From positions 190,030,001 through 190,094,000 of the forward strand of contig OZ024740.1 in the NCBI GenBank assembly GCA_964016885.1: a DNA stretch of 64,000 nt, in the 5' to 3' direction. Below the pieces are notes generated by a model that saw nothing but the letters and a program-made list of their open reading frames with translations, was not told the origin of the DNA and ran no database searches. The translations under genes were made by a program, and so were the position numbers. Shown one piece after another: positions 13,771 to 27,860 of the stretch (within the stretch, counting starts at the first letter, position 1; every line of letters begins with the position of its first letter). Origin of the DNA: Eledone cirrhosa. Lineage: Eukaryota.

Positions 13771-14595
13771 ATAATTATGCTTATTCATTGTTGCTGTCAC
13801 TGTTAGCAGAACTGGTAAAATATATATTGATATGAACGTATAAATACTGAATATTCACTATATGAAAGAATAAGACGGTGGCGGTTCATTACAGTATTGC
13901 ATAATGTAATCGTAATTTAGCGCTTCGTCAGGTGGAAACAAGTGGAAAGACAGAAACAATTTTTTTAGAAAACAAATATCGAAATTAGAAAAGGAAGATA
14001 TGTGAGTGTATGTGTGTTGTTATTGATTTGTGCGTGTCTCACCATATATACAGGGTGAAGCTCCAAATCAGACAAACATGTTAATATGTAACAATATGTG
14101 TTTGATCACAAATTTATGCAAAATGCTACAGGATCACATCTTTGTGAATGTCTACTTATACCTCAGATTATGTATTTGTGTACGTAGTTGTGCTTTATTT
14201 TATTATGTCCTTTATGTAATACTACATTTTAGTGTCAAATTTTTAGAAGGGTTAGGCAAACCATTTGGCACTCTAAATAAATACATCACTACTGAAACAA
14301 TCAAAACAAAATATTAACTAAATAGAAAAACAGACATAACCGCTTACAATGTTCATGACAAAATGCATAAAAGTAACGAGATGAAGATATTAAAACAAAG
14401 TTTTACAGCAGGCTACGGTGTACGTGATAATTTATAACGAACAAGTGAATTAACGCCAGAGAAGTAAACATAGGTGTGATTAAATGTGGTGGAGTAAGGT
14501 TATACGTGGTGAAAGCAACAGAATACGTCTCAAACAAAACAGTTGGAGGCGTTCTTTGATTAATCGTAATGTTCGTCGTTACTGCTCTTGTTTGT

Positions 14596-14780
14596 AATTG
14601 GCAGTATCGGTAGGGGTTTCGGTTCCATGCTTTGACGCATACAGATACAGCCCTTGCCATTCCGAGTTCAAATCCCGCCGAGGTTAACTTTGACTTTCAT
14701 CCTTAAGGAATCGATAAAATGAAGTACCAGAAAGGCACTGGATAATTGCTGACTTTGTGACAAAAGTAGAAACAATTATT
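14596..14780 (+). mobile_element. SINE family S
   Basis: B box GAGTTCAAATCCC, family core and AGTAGAAACAATTATT tail. Confidence 0.85.
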
Positions 14781-15008
14781 ACTTCTTAAAACATATGTTT
14801 AACATTATGAACATTAAAAGCAAGCTATGGATTATGGAGGCTTCAAGTGAATACTTGGAGCAATATACTACAATCTCATACAACGTGTATCAAATACATC
14901 TGTCTATATAAGCGCTATAATATGTAATTCTTGAATGCAAAATGAGAAAGGTACAATATACATACATACGTACATATATACTACAAACATACACATATGC
15001 TCACACAA

Positions 15009-15069
<61 letters not shown>

Positions 15070-15944
15070 CGCAGGGGCATTGCAATGTTCAAAATTAAAG
15101 GGAAGGAACTCATTTATAAAGCGTCAAGAAACATAATCTATATAAATATATGTTTTGTTTAAATTCAAAACAAGTTATAATTAAAAAATATATTTAAACA
15201 TGTTGTTGGTGGGGCAGTTAGACAGTGTGCTTATGTTGTTATTTTGCATGGGCAGATTTTAAACGAGAATCTCTTAAGTCAGTTCCCGCAAGGAAAGTTT
15301 GGTATTAACATCCACTCGCGATGTATTACGTGATAAATATTGAATTGCATATAGATTTTACTGGATTCATTACGATGGACATTTTTATCTTTCGCAAAAT
15401 ATGCATCCATATAATTTGAATGATTCAAAATGTTTTAGCAGAATAAAAGTCGGAATTACAACGGCATTGATATATTAGTAAATTATATAGAATTTTAGGT
15501 TATTATTTGAAACTAGATAAACATACATATTGCGTCGTAATGAAAAGCTTAAAATATTTCATGTATTTGTGTTTTATGTTAGAATATAATAATTTATGCA
15601 CCTCAGCGTAGTTGATTCTGTGATATAAAGGAATTGCAGAGTTATAATTTGAACATAATTTCAAATACGAATCAACTATCAGATTGAACGTTCAGCTCTC
15701 GCTGTTTTGTCGAGGTATTGCATTGAACGTATTATCATTATAGATGATTTTTTTCCTTGAACATTTCATAAATTTCTTGACGTAACTCTAGAAATAATCT
15801 CAACGATAAAATATATTTTTAAGAAATGCAGTTTTATAAAGCATTCAACGTAACATGAAGAAAATCATTTCATGAATCATCATTTCAATGATAAGTTTAG
15901 GTGTAAAAGGTGTATGCTACGCAATTTAACGTTTATATTCCCCG

Positions 15945-16062
15945 GGGGATTAATGATTCGAGCATTGCTCTGGATTTAAATCCCTGATCCATGAGGTGTA
16001 TTGGGTCATTGAGCAAGACACTTTTCATCGCGTGGCTAGAGTTCACTCAGTTGTAGAAAAGT
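15945..16062 (+). mobile_element. Old CORE-like SINE remnant
   Basis: A degenerate B box (GGATTTAAATCCC) is followed by GGTCATTGAGCAAGACACTTT..GTTCACTCAGTTGTAGAAA, similar to the CORE domain. Confidence 0.45.
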
Positions 16063-16799
16063 GTTGAAATGGTTCTCTTCTCAAGCTATTCCCAAGGTCT
16101 ATGTTAAGGGATTCTCCTTTTGTGTATTGGTGTTTGGTGTTTGGTGTTTTGGGTTGTTGGTTTGACTGTTTGTGCATATTTTCTTGTGTTGTTAAATGTT
16201 TTACGAAACGGTTGCATGTGTGTTGTATTTGCTTCAATTCCGCTTCATGTTTAAGGAACCAATTTTCTTTCTGTTCCCATCGTTGAAGTGATATAAACGC
16301 TGACTTCTCACAGTCTTGCTTCCGGACATTTCGTAGGCTTTGTAAGATTGGTATTTCAGATTGTTTAGTACATTTTCCTTCCATTCTCTTTCATTCCATG
16401 TGCAAAAAGTACCCTTGTATTTTTGTACATTTGAAGTAACTTTTAAATGCAGGTCCTATTTCCATGATCATTTTGTTGAGTGCCATTTTCCCCGAAGTTT
16501 TCTTTGTTGTTCTGTTTCGTTAGATATCAGTTTTATATGTACTTCTCTGGGTAAGATCACTAGGGTAATGTGTTCTATTTCACATATAATCCAGGTTTGT
16601 TTGAATTTTTCAAAATGTTAAACAATGTAAATATCCCATATTGCAAACACTTTTTATTCGAAAACGTGTCCCGGAAAGTAGTTATCTAAATACTAATGCG
16701 TAAGTTTTAGTACTTTGACATGACAGCTAGGTTATGTTAAATATTATAACATCGTTCCAGCCGTATCTTAAAAGTGAAATTGAATAGATGGAAATTATT

Positions 16800-18200
16800 T
16801 GAAAGCACATCTCATGAGCTGTACATGTAATTCAAAGACCATCCATGTTACAAATTGTGGCACACCGAATCTCTCTGCAAATTACCTTGACAGTAGACGC
16901 GTCTGAGAAATGCTCAACCACTTTTATTTTCCATTTCGCTAGCCTTGTAACGGCAGTTCAGAAGACCAAATATATGTGTTACGATAAGATTGGCGTAGGT
17001 GTTGTCAATGATATGCTTGTTGTAAGCTGAGAGCGCTGTTGACAACATACTGTTTGCAATCCTGATGTTTTTATTTCTTATCCTCACTTTCACCGTGCTT
17101 CCATCATACGTGATATTCTCATCCTGTCGAAGATATTTGCAGTTCTTACCCAAATCTAAAACCTTTATTGCCAAGCTGTCCATGTGTAATGTGTCGAATC
17201 ACAGTACTAGTCTTTCTCGTTTTGCCATAAAACTGCACAATTAGACTCACTAAATATTATGCCTCTACTGTGAATTATCAATTAATAAGAACGATTTCAT
17301 TCTCATGAATCAAAACCACTATTTTATTATCGTCTTTCTTAATATACTTAAAGGACGCACACAAATGTCTATACATATTTATATATACAGCCATACACAC
17401 GCATGCACAACATACACACATATTCCACATTCTTGCATACAAGATTGGATTTACAATAAATAAATTGTGTTACAAATATTGTTCTGTGGTGTCTAAAAGA
17501 TAAAACCAAAAAGCCTATCAGTGGACTCAGCTTTAACATGACTAGGACACGTTTATCCTTGCTGATAGGGCCCCTGCTGGTGGGTTGCTGGGGCAAATGT
17601 CCCATCTGCTCCACCATACATCTGGCCCTGACAACATTAACCTATAGTCACTAGTATTCGTCTTTAATCTCCGAGAAAAGAGGTGACAGTAGGACATTTC
17701 CATTTTTATTCATGATTCCCAGAACCGTCATTGTTGCCAGGAACAGGAAACGTTGTGTGCATGATCTTCGGAATGTCATTATAGCCTCAGCATAAACATC
17801 TCTCATGCTTTCGGTCCTGTCCAAAATGTTCTCTTGGGTTAAAAATCATATCATGTGGTATTTGATGTTTGAAATTCCACAAGGTCTTTTCAGGAATGGG
17901 ACGCTTATATTCTGTATTAGACGGTTATATTCTGCATTCTCAGATAAGGATTAGCCTCTCCGTATCGCATATGACTTGTATCGAAGGTCCACATGCACGA
18001 CCCTTCAGGTAGTGTGTCTTTGACCACATTAGCAATAATACGAAATGCCTTCCTGTGGTTTCTACAGCAAAGTTTCTGTAACTTCCGTACACCTTTATGT
18101 GTGCTGATCGGTTTATCGCACTTAGCTTCCATTTTACGTTTGGCTACTTTTAATAGAATACTTTTCAGTGGCTCCCGTCTCTTTTTTAACTTTGATTACA
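16800..18200 (-). pseudogene. Possible piggyBac transposase fossil, interrupted at about 17290-17680
   Basis: Collinear degenerate motifs: VVKDTLPEG..TFDTS (DN.YTS region), AVLWQNEK..VL..DTLH (W.D.K.V..LST.H) and SAYNKH (YNK.MGGVD). Very decayed. Confidence 0.35.
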
Positions 18201-19641
18201 AACGAACGTGAAACATGTAAATCTCTATTTTCTACCTTTCAGATATTGATTTCAGCATGTCTTTTTATTTGCTGAGTTACCCTGATATATGTCATCATTT
18301 ATCTGAAAGGAAATGCAATTCAGAATAAGCTAGAACACAGTTAGACTTATAAAAAAGCTGTTCTCAAAGAACTGAGTAAACCTGTATATATAACCAGGCC
18401 TAAATTTCACATTCTTTATCTTACGTCACAAATCCGCAGAGAAAGCCTGCGTGTATGACAGCTGAATTATCTTATGTGGGGTGTTGTTTGAGCACATATG
18501 TTTGTATAATATATATGCTATTATGAAAGTTTTTTTTTATTTGACTGGATTAAATGAGTATTTACTAATTTTAGCACATCTATAATTGCGCAAAATCTTA
18601 TGCCATGCAAAATATCTTACCTTTCATTTAGTCTTTCATTTTTTATAAACTGGAGTGCGGATGGAAAGCTTTATTATCCATCCAAGGGAAATTGCGGCAG
18701 CTGGTATTATTTCATCCCTGCCCCACCCCAACCAGCATTTTGATATCTAATTTACTTCACACAGAATATATTCCTCATTTAAAGGTTATGCACTAAAAGA
18801 TCACACCGCTGCTAATGATACCATTAATATTGATTAATTTTCAATATTACGTATATTACGTAAGTAACAGTCCGTAGAGATGTTGGGCAAATGTTGTACA
18901 TTTTATATATCGTAAATAACCAGTTTCTCTTTACTTGTGTAGGAAATCAGATGTAATACATGAATACCTAGTATATTGGAAATGTAATGTTAATTCACAT
19001 TACAGACTGATGTAATGTGCGATAAGGCTATCTTTACGTAAATATGTTGCTCATTTAAACAGACTACCGTATTCATGATATTATCTAATAAATCTTTACT
19101 TTTATCGGATTCTGATATCTAATTAACGCTTTTGTTTTTGATAAAATTGGTCATGCAAGCACCTGACAAATAGGAAATGGCTTTTAATTGAATCTTATTG
19201 TTTCTTTATGAAGATAAATACCATTAACAATTTTTACGACTCAGTAGCTACGGATATTTGAATGAATAGAGACTATTTTGTTCAACTCTGTGAAAACATA
19301 TATAAGCAATTAAAATAATGCGAATTACAATAATTGAAATCTTAGATTCTCTGCAAATATTTCAATCTATTTTCCGATGGCTCTCTCACTATATCTCTGT
19401 CTCTCACTCACAATATCTCTGTCTCTCACTCACTCTATCTCTCTATATATCTTAATATATCTTATTAGCGCTCACTACTCCACTCTCTCTCTCTCTCTTC
19501 TCACGTCTATGCAAACATAATTATAGCTAATATCTTAGAAAAGTAAACTAAAATAAATATAAAGGTAAATCAAAATATTGATTGAATATTTCACACACAC
19601 AAACACACTTACACACACATACACACATATACATACATACC

Positions 19642-19680
<39 letters not shown>

Positions 19681-19683
19681 CAT

Positions 19684-19746
<63 letters not shown>

Positions 19747-21712
19747 TATAAATTAATAGTAACTGTTCTATATAAACATGAATTTGCTACTTTAAAACAT
19801 GAATTGAAATATCTGATTCAGGTCCTTTTATTAATAGTGGCAAACCTACTGAACTGTATCATAAAATATGTTATCAAATCGGTCTCTTTGTTTGCCATTT
19901 TACGTTCACAGTTTTAGAAATTGCATTTCCTTAAACAAAATCAGATGATGATATTATGGACGACAGCATCATTTTCAATGTACTTTTGTCCGTCTTATTA
20001 CGCTTTTATTATTAAGGATTAACGTCCATTATCTTTAGAAAATATCCATTCAACCGTCTTATAATATATTCTAAAGAGAAATACTTTAAAAAAAAAGAAC
20101 TATATATATATATTTTTTTTCAATATAGCCACTAATGAATTATAAATCCATTTCTAAAGCAACTATTTTATATTCTGGATGTAAAATCGTATATATTTGC
20201 ATTAGATGGGGTTAAATATAATGTTTGCGTCTATATGATATAATGGAAAATAATCTACTTCTATAATATTTCGGTACGCATATACGTAGAATCCCTTTTG
20301 CAAGCTAACAAATTATTCTGATATCATTTGATTTAGTAGTGTATTGCGTATTAGATCGACCGCACGCCCAAGCCGACAATAGGGAGTAGTATAGTCTATC
20401 TGCCATTGACACGAATCGTCAAAGACGGGATATAATTAGCATTATTGCTACTTGGTTTATATTGCGAGATGCTCTCCCTTTAGGATCGAGATCATTGGCC
20501 CCTTGAGTCGATAATCTTTACATTAAATACACGAGGAATTCCGAGAAAAATAAAACGATAACCCTATCAGATTTAACTAAAAGCATTTTCTACTTGATCA
20601 GAATATATGTCAAACATGTTGCTTTCCATAATATACTAATTTGAATAGGTTTCAACCGACAAAAACATTATGAAATATATATATATCTTATTATAATCGT
20701 TGCCCTTACAGGCTTAACAGGAAACAAATGCATTATAAATTTATCTAGAGATGGATTCTTTGAAACCGGCCACCAGACTTAGTTTGAAACAGAAACATTG
20801 CCGAAAGCTCTTTCCTGAGGTATAATTGTATATGTATGAGAGTATATGGTGATTTCTCTCTTGAAATGTTTCTAGTTTAATAAATGCATGAACACTATCA
20901 GTTTAAGACAAATTCCAGAGAATTATTTTGGAATTTTTAGAGTGATATTCCATGCAAGTGACGGAAGAGTCTGAAAGCGATGAAATGAGAAACAGTTTTG
21001 TTTTAATTCAGTTGCATAATGTTCTTACAGGTTCGGAACGATAAGGATGCAACATACATATATTAGCAATTTTACAATATGGTTCTTCCTTGAAAATATA
21101 TATTGTCAAAAACAGATCATAGCTGATAAATTTCGTTTCTAGAGAGTGCAAGGCATACGATGTGCTGCAACTGTTGCAATAATTCGTATGTGGACTTTTC
21201 ATGTGAGATTACCAGAGATTGTGTGGAAACTTCGAATGGTATCGCTGCGTAAATTTGAACCTGCGGTTAGGATAAGTTGTCTTATATCCGTTCATACAGC
21301 AACAATTTACATGGGCATGGCAGTGAGAGCTCATATATACTTTATGAATTCTAACATATTCTCTCACCATTAATTTAAAACAAGTAATATTCATTTGTAT
21401 AGTAGCTTTATTTTATATCACTATATTTCTTCTTAATAATGCGATACTTCGTGATTATATATGCAACATATTTTATCTTAGTAGGCTTATTTTTATTGTT
21501 TGCTAATCTCCATGTAGTACCAAGACCAGCGTACAATTTGTTTTAATTAGGTTATGGGCGATATTAGCGAAATAACACTGGGTAATAGATGCATATATGT
21601 TTTATTTGAATCCCTTTGAGTAATGGATTGGAAAATTCAGTGGAATGATTGAATGAATATTTGTTTGAGTAAAGGCATAACAGTTACACCAATTGTATAT
21701 TTCAACTCTCCA

Positions 21713-21796
<84 letters not shown>

Positions 21797-22094
21797 CATT
21801 ATAAAGAAAGAAGAAACAGTAGATATAATTAATAAGATATACCATGCCCAAATTCCTTCATTAGTCCTAGACTACGTAGTTTCGTGGCATATTATGCAAA
21901 AACTCTACATCACAGAGATATAGTCATTTTTGTGAGGTTTGCCGACCTATCAAAAGGATACCCCATTAAGAGTTTCAAAACACATCCGTAGGACGCAAGA
22001 TACCAACCCGAAAGGCGGAGGAGAAGTCAATCAAGTGATATAGCAGTCAAGAAACAGAGTTAAGCCTCTTACAACCAAGAAAACAATACCACAA

Positions 22095-22152
22095 TATTCT
22101 TAAACTATACAGACACAGACCCCCACCCCATATATATATATATATATGTATA

Positions 22153-22249
<97 letters not shown>

Positions 22250-22282
22250 GGTGGGGGTCTGTGTCTGTATAGTTTAAGAATA
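22095..22282. repeat. 36-bp perfect inverted repeat flanking a (TA)n tract
   Basis: 22095-22130 TATTCTTAAACTATACAGACACAGACCCCCACCCCA is the reverse complement of 22247-22282. Confidence 0.95.
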
Positions 22283-22324
22283 AGAAGACAAACACAGCGA
22301 TACAAACACAAAGTCTTATTAGTT

Positions 22325-22480
22325 TCACATTTGAGAATGATGGTAAATAAATAAAAAAGTTGATAAGTAAACGTTTAATGTATTGGACATTAGTCTTACA
22401 TCAAGGAAGAGAACATTTCGGAAAGAGAGGGAGTTGTTTGGTAAAATGTATGTTAAATGTGTAGGAGAAGGATTTACATA
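22325..22480 (-). pseudogene. Penelope-like RT remnant
   Basis: [19 protein letters not shown] resembles the Penelope L.FLDV.I..VY.K..YL...S.H region. Confidence 0.35.
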
Positions 22481-22662
22481 TATATCAACATCTGGGTTAT
22501 GAATAGATATGGGGGACGCAGCATTGGTATTGGAGCTAAATGTATTATGTATATTGGACACCAAGTTTTAGCATTGTTAGCCATTTCTTAGAGTCTGTCT
22601 AGATTAGCCATCAAAATCGGAGCCTACTGCCTAAAACGTCTAAGATGTTACATTCTGGATAT

Positions 22663-22756
22663 GTCGTCTAAAGACCTTAGGCTATCAGAATGTATAGTCC
22701 TCAGTGAAATATGCATATCGGAGTTTTAAATATACCTGAATCAACTGAATATCGCT

Positions 22757-22808
<52 letters not shown>

Positions 22809-23493
22809 TATTTAGGTTTGTTGGTTCACCACTAGAGAGAACTGGTCATTCCGTATGGTCAACCTCGATGTAATATTACGGAGAGCACTCAACGTAATGC
22901 AACTCACCCGTCTTCGTTTGTGTAGTTGGTGGTGCGAGTACGGATTTAATTATTATAAAATAACAGGAGGCTGGACTGGTGTAATTTTCCAAAAGGTTTA
23001 TTATACTATGATCATTTCAATGACCGGTTTCAGAATGAAACCGGTGACATCATCAGGTATTCGAAATATAACAAATGATTATAATAGACAAAATGCATGG
23101 TGCTGAAAATCAGAGACATGAGGGCGACCGAACATATAGCAGCTGCTACCTCTACTTGAGGGCGGCCGACTGAGGTAGAAGTTGCTAAATGTTCGGTCGC
23201 CCTCATGTCTCCTATTTTCAGCACCATGCATTTTGTCTATTATATTCATTTGTTATATTTCGAATACCTGATGATGTCACCGGTTTCATACTGAAACCGG
23301 TCATTGAAATGATCATAGTATAATAAACCTTTTAGGGAATTACACCAGTCCAGCCTCCTGTTATTTTATAATATATATATATATAAATAAACGATCGTAA
23401 GCCATATTCAGTTGATTCAGGTTTATTTAAAACTCCGATATGCATATTTCACCGAGGACTATACATTATTATAGCCTAAGCTCTTTAGACGAC
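22663..23493. repeat. Nested inverted repeats (Penelope-like termini)
   Basis: Outer arms 22663-22759 / 23397-23493. Inner ~200-bp arms 22951-23152 / 23172-23373 with a 19-nt loop. The inner arms carry CTGATGA..GAAACCGGTC and AATAAA. Confidence 0.9.
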
Positions 23494-23654
23494 AAAACCA
23501 AAATAAACATAGGCAGTTCCTAAGAAACCTTTAAAATATGAAAAGTTTAATATCTTCTCCGAAAACAGAATTTGCTTTCGCGGTACAGGGGGCCGGCTGA
23601 AATCGTGGTGTTGTTTTATCAACAGAATATGGCCTCCGATCTTTTATTAATATA

Positions 23655-24582
23655 TTAGCAATGGTACCCGGCGTTGCACGGGATTAGGTATTTTGGAACA
23701 CGGGCCGCCAACAGACCTAATCGTGGAAAAACTGCATGCCTGAACAATATGTAAAAAAAATAAACCGAATACTCTGATGGCTCGATAATCTTTAAGATTT
23801 TCCTCGATGAAGCAGGAAAAATGCAGGTTTTCACCTAGGGGATCAAGAAAATACATTTTTTTTTAGGTCCATACTATGCCTTGAAATTTCGGGAAAATCG
23901 GCTAGATGTAACGACTCCAAAAAGCCCTAAGAAGCTGAAAAAAATGAAGTTTTTCACCCAATGCGGGCCCTAGGCCATAAACAAGTTGGATTTTATTTGC
24001 TCACGGTATGAACAAAAGACTGACTAATACATAGTTACAATTTCAAGGAAATAAGTCTGACGTAACGCCTCAAAAAACTAATAAAAAGCTTAAAAAACGC
24101 AGTTTTTCACTTAATGCGGGCCCTAGGAGATCAAAAAGTTGATTTTTTTATGTGCATAACACTCCATCAAACATATGTAATACACCTGTAAAGTTTGAAA
24201 AAAGCCGGTTGGAGACTTCTCGAGTTTTAGGTATTCAAACTTACAGACCCACAAACACACACCCACACACAAACAGACATCCTCAGGGAAGTGACGTAAT
24301 GCAGACAGCCAGGCATACAGACATATATTATAAAGGGGCGACGTTATATGTATGTATCTATCTAAAAAGAGAAAGACTAAGAATTATAGAGAGAGATCGC
24401 TAAATTGCCTAATGCGGTCCCTAGCACATTGACAATTGGAAATTTATTTTGCTCAGAACACTCCCTGAAACATAAGTATTGCATGTGTAAAGTTTGAAAA
24501 CAGTCGGTTGGTTGCTTCTCGAGTTTTAGGGATTCAAACTCACACACAGACAGAGAGACATCCTCAGTTTTATATATATAGA
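23655..24582 (-). mobile_element. Non-autonomous Helitron
   Basis: The minus strand begins A^TCTATATATATAAAACTGAGG and ends with hairpin CCCGTGCAACGCCGGG then CTAA^T (CTRR), with no TSD. Internal ~150-bp repeats contain ATGCGGGCCCTAGG. Confidence 0.75.
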
Positions 24583-24837
24583 TAATGCTCTCTCTTGTAA
24601 CATTTATACAGGCCGCTGAGCGCTTCTTTTTATCTGCTTCAAAACCAACAGACCACGGGGTGATCCGCACATCCTTGTTCTTTTTGTCCCTTATTCTCAC
24701 TTTCTCTATATATATAGATATATACATATGTGTGTGTACGTATACGTGTACAATTAATTTGATGATTACTTATATTTTGCTGTTTTAACAGCTATCCTTG
24801 CGTAGAGTTTTTCTCAATATTTTATGAATATATAAAA

Positions 24838-27800
24838 CTCCGAGTTGGTATCATCAATGTAAGCACAATGAAAGGAAGAGCACGAGAAATCGTAGAATTG
24901 CTAGAGCGAAAGGAAATTGATGTATGCTGTGTGCAAGAGACTAGATGGAGAGGAGAGTCTGCTAGAGTCCTTGTAGGAAAAGGTCAGTGCTACAATTTTT
25001 TTCTGGGTGGGAAATGACGATGGGATGGGTGGTGGAGGTACACTACTAGCTGACAAGTGGGTAGATAAAGTAATCTCAGTGTACAGGGTAAATGCAAGAA
25101 TCATTAAACTGAGACTAGTCCTGAATAAAACAATTACCACAATAATATCAGCTTACGCACCCCAATCGGGGTTGCCAGGCGTACTTAAGGATAGATTTTA
25201 CGAGTTCCTAATGCACACTACTTCTCTAACAGATGACAATGACTTCCTAATCATCGCAGGAGATTTTAACGGACACGTAGGTAAACACTGTGGCGGCTTC
25301 AATAGATTCCATGGAGGCCACGGGGTTGGCACAAGACATGAAGAAGGATTCAGACTTCTAGAATTCTACGACGCCAATGACATGTCGATATGTAACACAA
25401 ACTTAAACAAATCCGACAACCATCTTATCACCTATAGATCAGGCGAGCATTCTAGTCAGATAGATGTTATCCTCATCAGAAGAGGTGACAGATGGACGGT
25501 CGTAAACACAAACGTCTACCCTAGTGAGGAATGCAGCTCCCAACATAGCTTAGTTGTCAGTGACCTCACGGTCAGATCTAGACGAACCTGGAAACAGAGA
25601 GCAACCTGGAGAAGAAAGATCTGGAAGCTGAAAAACCCCTCAACCAATAACAGATTTAAAGATATTTTAATCAACGCCTACGAGAGTAAAGAAGAGCAGA
25701 TACAGACATTTAATGTAGACGAGCACTGGGAGTTCCTAAAACATAACTTACTAGAGGCGACGGATGAGATCTGTGGCTGGAGTAAGACCACAAGCAGGAG
25801 GAGAGAGACTTGGTGGTGGAACAATGAGGTAGATGAGGCAGTTAAGGCCAATATACAGGCATGGACAGAATGGAAGAACGGGGGGAGCAGGGTACATTAC
25901 ATAGAGACCAAGAGGGAAGCTAGGCGACAAGTATACTTAGCGAGGAGGGAAGCAGGGGTAGAAAATTCAAGCATATGAGGACCAGAAACAGGAGGTGTTC
26001 AAGATTGCGAGGCAGTGTGTCAGACAGAATTGTGATGTCATTGGAGAGAAGTGTATCCAGAATGATAAAGGTGAGCTTGCCCTCACAAGTGCTGAGAAGA
26101 ATAATGCATGGAAGAGCCATTATGATAGGTTACTAAATGAGGAGAATGCATGGGAAGAAGAGACCCTACCCCAGATATACCTTATAGAGGAGCCAGCAGT
26201 ACAAGTCAGCAGCAGCGTAGTAAGTAATGTAATCAAAGATATGATGATGGGGAAGGCAAGCGGTCCATCGAGTATAGCTGCCGAGATGCTGAAGGCATCT
26301 GAGTCTGTAGGTCACACTATAACCACACGTATTTTTAACCAGGTAATACTAGAAGGTGTCATACCAAAAGATTGGTGCAGTAGCATCATTTGCAACTGCT
26401 ACAAAGTTAAAGGTGATGCACTAGATAGAGAAAACTATAGAGGGATAAAGCTGATGGACCAGGTCATGAAAGTAACAGAAATAGTTATAGCACAGTTGAT
26501 TAGGGACCGGGTGAAACTAGAATAGATGCAATTTGGGTTTGTACCAGGAAGAGGCACCACTGATGCCCTCTTCCTTGTGAGGCAGTTATAGGAAAAGTAC
26601 CTAGCTAAAAGTAAGCCACTCTACCTGGCATTCGTCGATCTCGAGAAGGCCTTTGACAGAGTTCCACGTGCTGTAATATCGTGGGCTCTTAGAAAACTAG
26701 GAGTAGATGAATGGCTTGTGAAAGCTGTACAAGCCATGTATAGGGGAGCAGTCAGCAAAGTTAGGATTAGCAATGAGTATAGAGAGGAATATAGCGTACA
26801 GGTTGGGGTCCACCAGGGCTCTGTTCTTAGCCCTCTCCTGTTCATCATAGTCCTGCAGGCAATAACGGAGGAGTTTAAGACCGGATGCCCATGGGAACTC
26901 CTGTATGCTGATGACCTCGCACTTATAGCTGAATCTATGGTAGAACTAGAGAAGAAATTCCAAACTTGGAAGCAGGGACTAGAAAGAAAGGGTCTCAAAG
27001 TCAACATGACAAAGACTAAGGTCCTTGTAAGTAGACGAGAAAAAAGAACCCAGATCCCCTAAGGGAAATCGCCTTGCTCACTATGTAAGAAAGGTGTAGG
27101 TAGGAACTCCATTCTCTTCCTCAAATGCAAACAATGGGTACACAAGATATGTAGCGGTATCTCAGGAAGCTTAATTAAGAATGTAAGCCTCACATGCAGC
27201 AGCTGTGCTGGGACAAAGAGCAGCAAACAGCCACAGGAAACAAGTACCCCCAATCTCTGGGAGGGCTCTGCAGAAACAGTAGACAGCTTCTGCTACCTAA
27301 TTGACCGAATTAGCAGCGGAGGTGGGTGTTCAGAAAGTACAATAACTAGGGTAAGAACGGGATGGAATAAGTTCAGGGAACTACTGCCACTGCTAGCTGC
27401 AAAAGGCTTCTCCCTCAAAATGAAAGGCAGATTGTATGATGCGTGTATCCGAACAGCAATGTTACATGGTAGTGAGAATCTGGGCGCTGAAGGTGGAAGA
27501 CCTACGTAGATTAGAAAGAAACGAAACCTGCATGCTCCGATGGATGTGTAATAGTAATATACACGAACGACAAAGCATAAATGGATTGAGAGAGAGAATG
27601 AGCATACGAGGAATCAAATGCTGTGTGCAGGAGAGGTGTTTGCGTTGGTATGGACATGTGATAAGTATGAAGGATGACAGCTGCATAAAAACTGCAGAGC
27701 AATAGAAGTCAATGGAAACCGCGGAGTGGGCAAACCCAGGAAGACCTGGGATGAGGTGATAAAAGCCGACCTTACCCAATTACACCTCTCAAAGGCGATG

Positions 27801-27860
27801 ACACACGACCGTGACCTCTGGCGTCACGCAGTAATACAGAATACCCGACCTCCCATGGGT
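24838..27860 (+). pseudogene. RTE endonuclease-reverse transcriptase ORF with stops and frameshifts
   Basis: ORF pieces 25007-25978, 25995-26525, 26718-27062 and 27436-27705. Frameshift in the T run near 25000, stops at about 26523 and 27060. Confidence 0.9.

Noticed and set aside
16043-16620. Penelope RT thumb remnant (IPILQSLRNVRK)
   Set aside because: A single weak motif is not enough to call it.
17560-17629. hAT-like terminus (CAGGGCCAGATG on the minus strand)
   Set aside because: No partner TIR or 8-bp TSD found.
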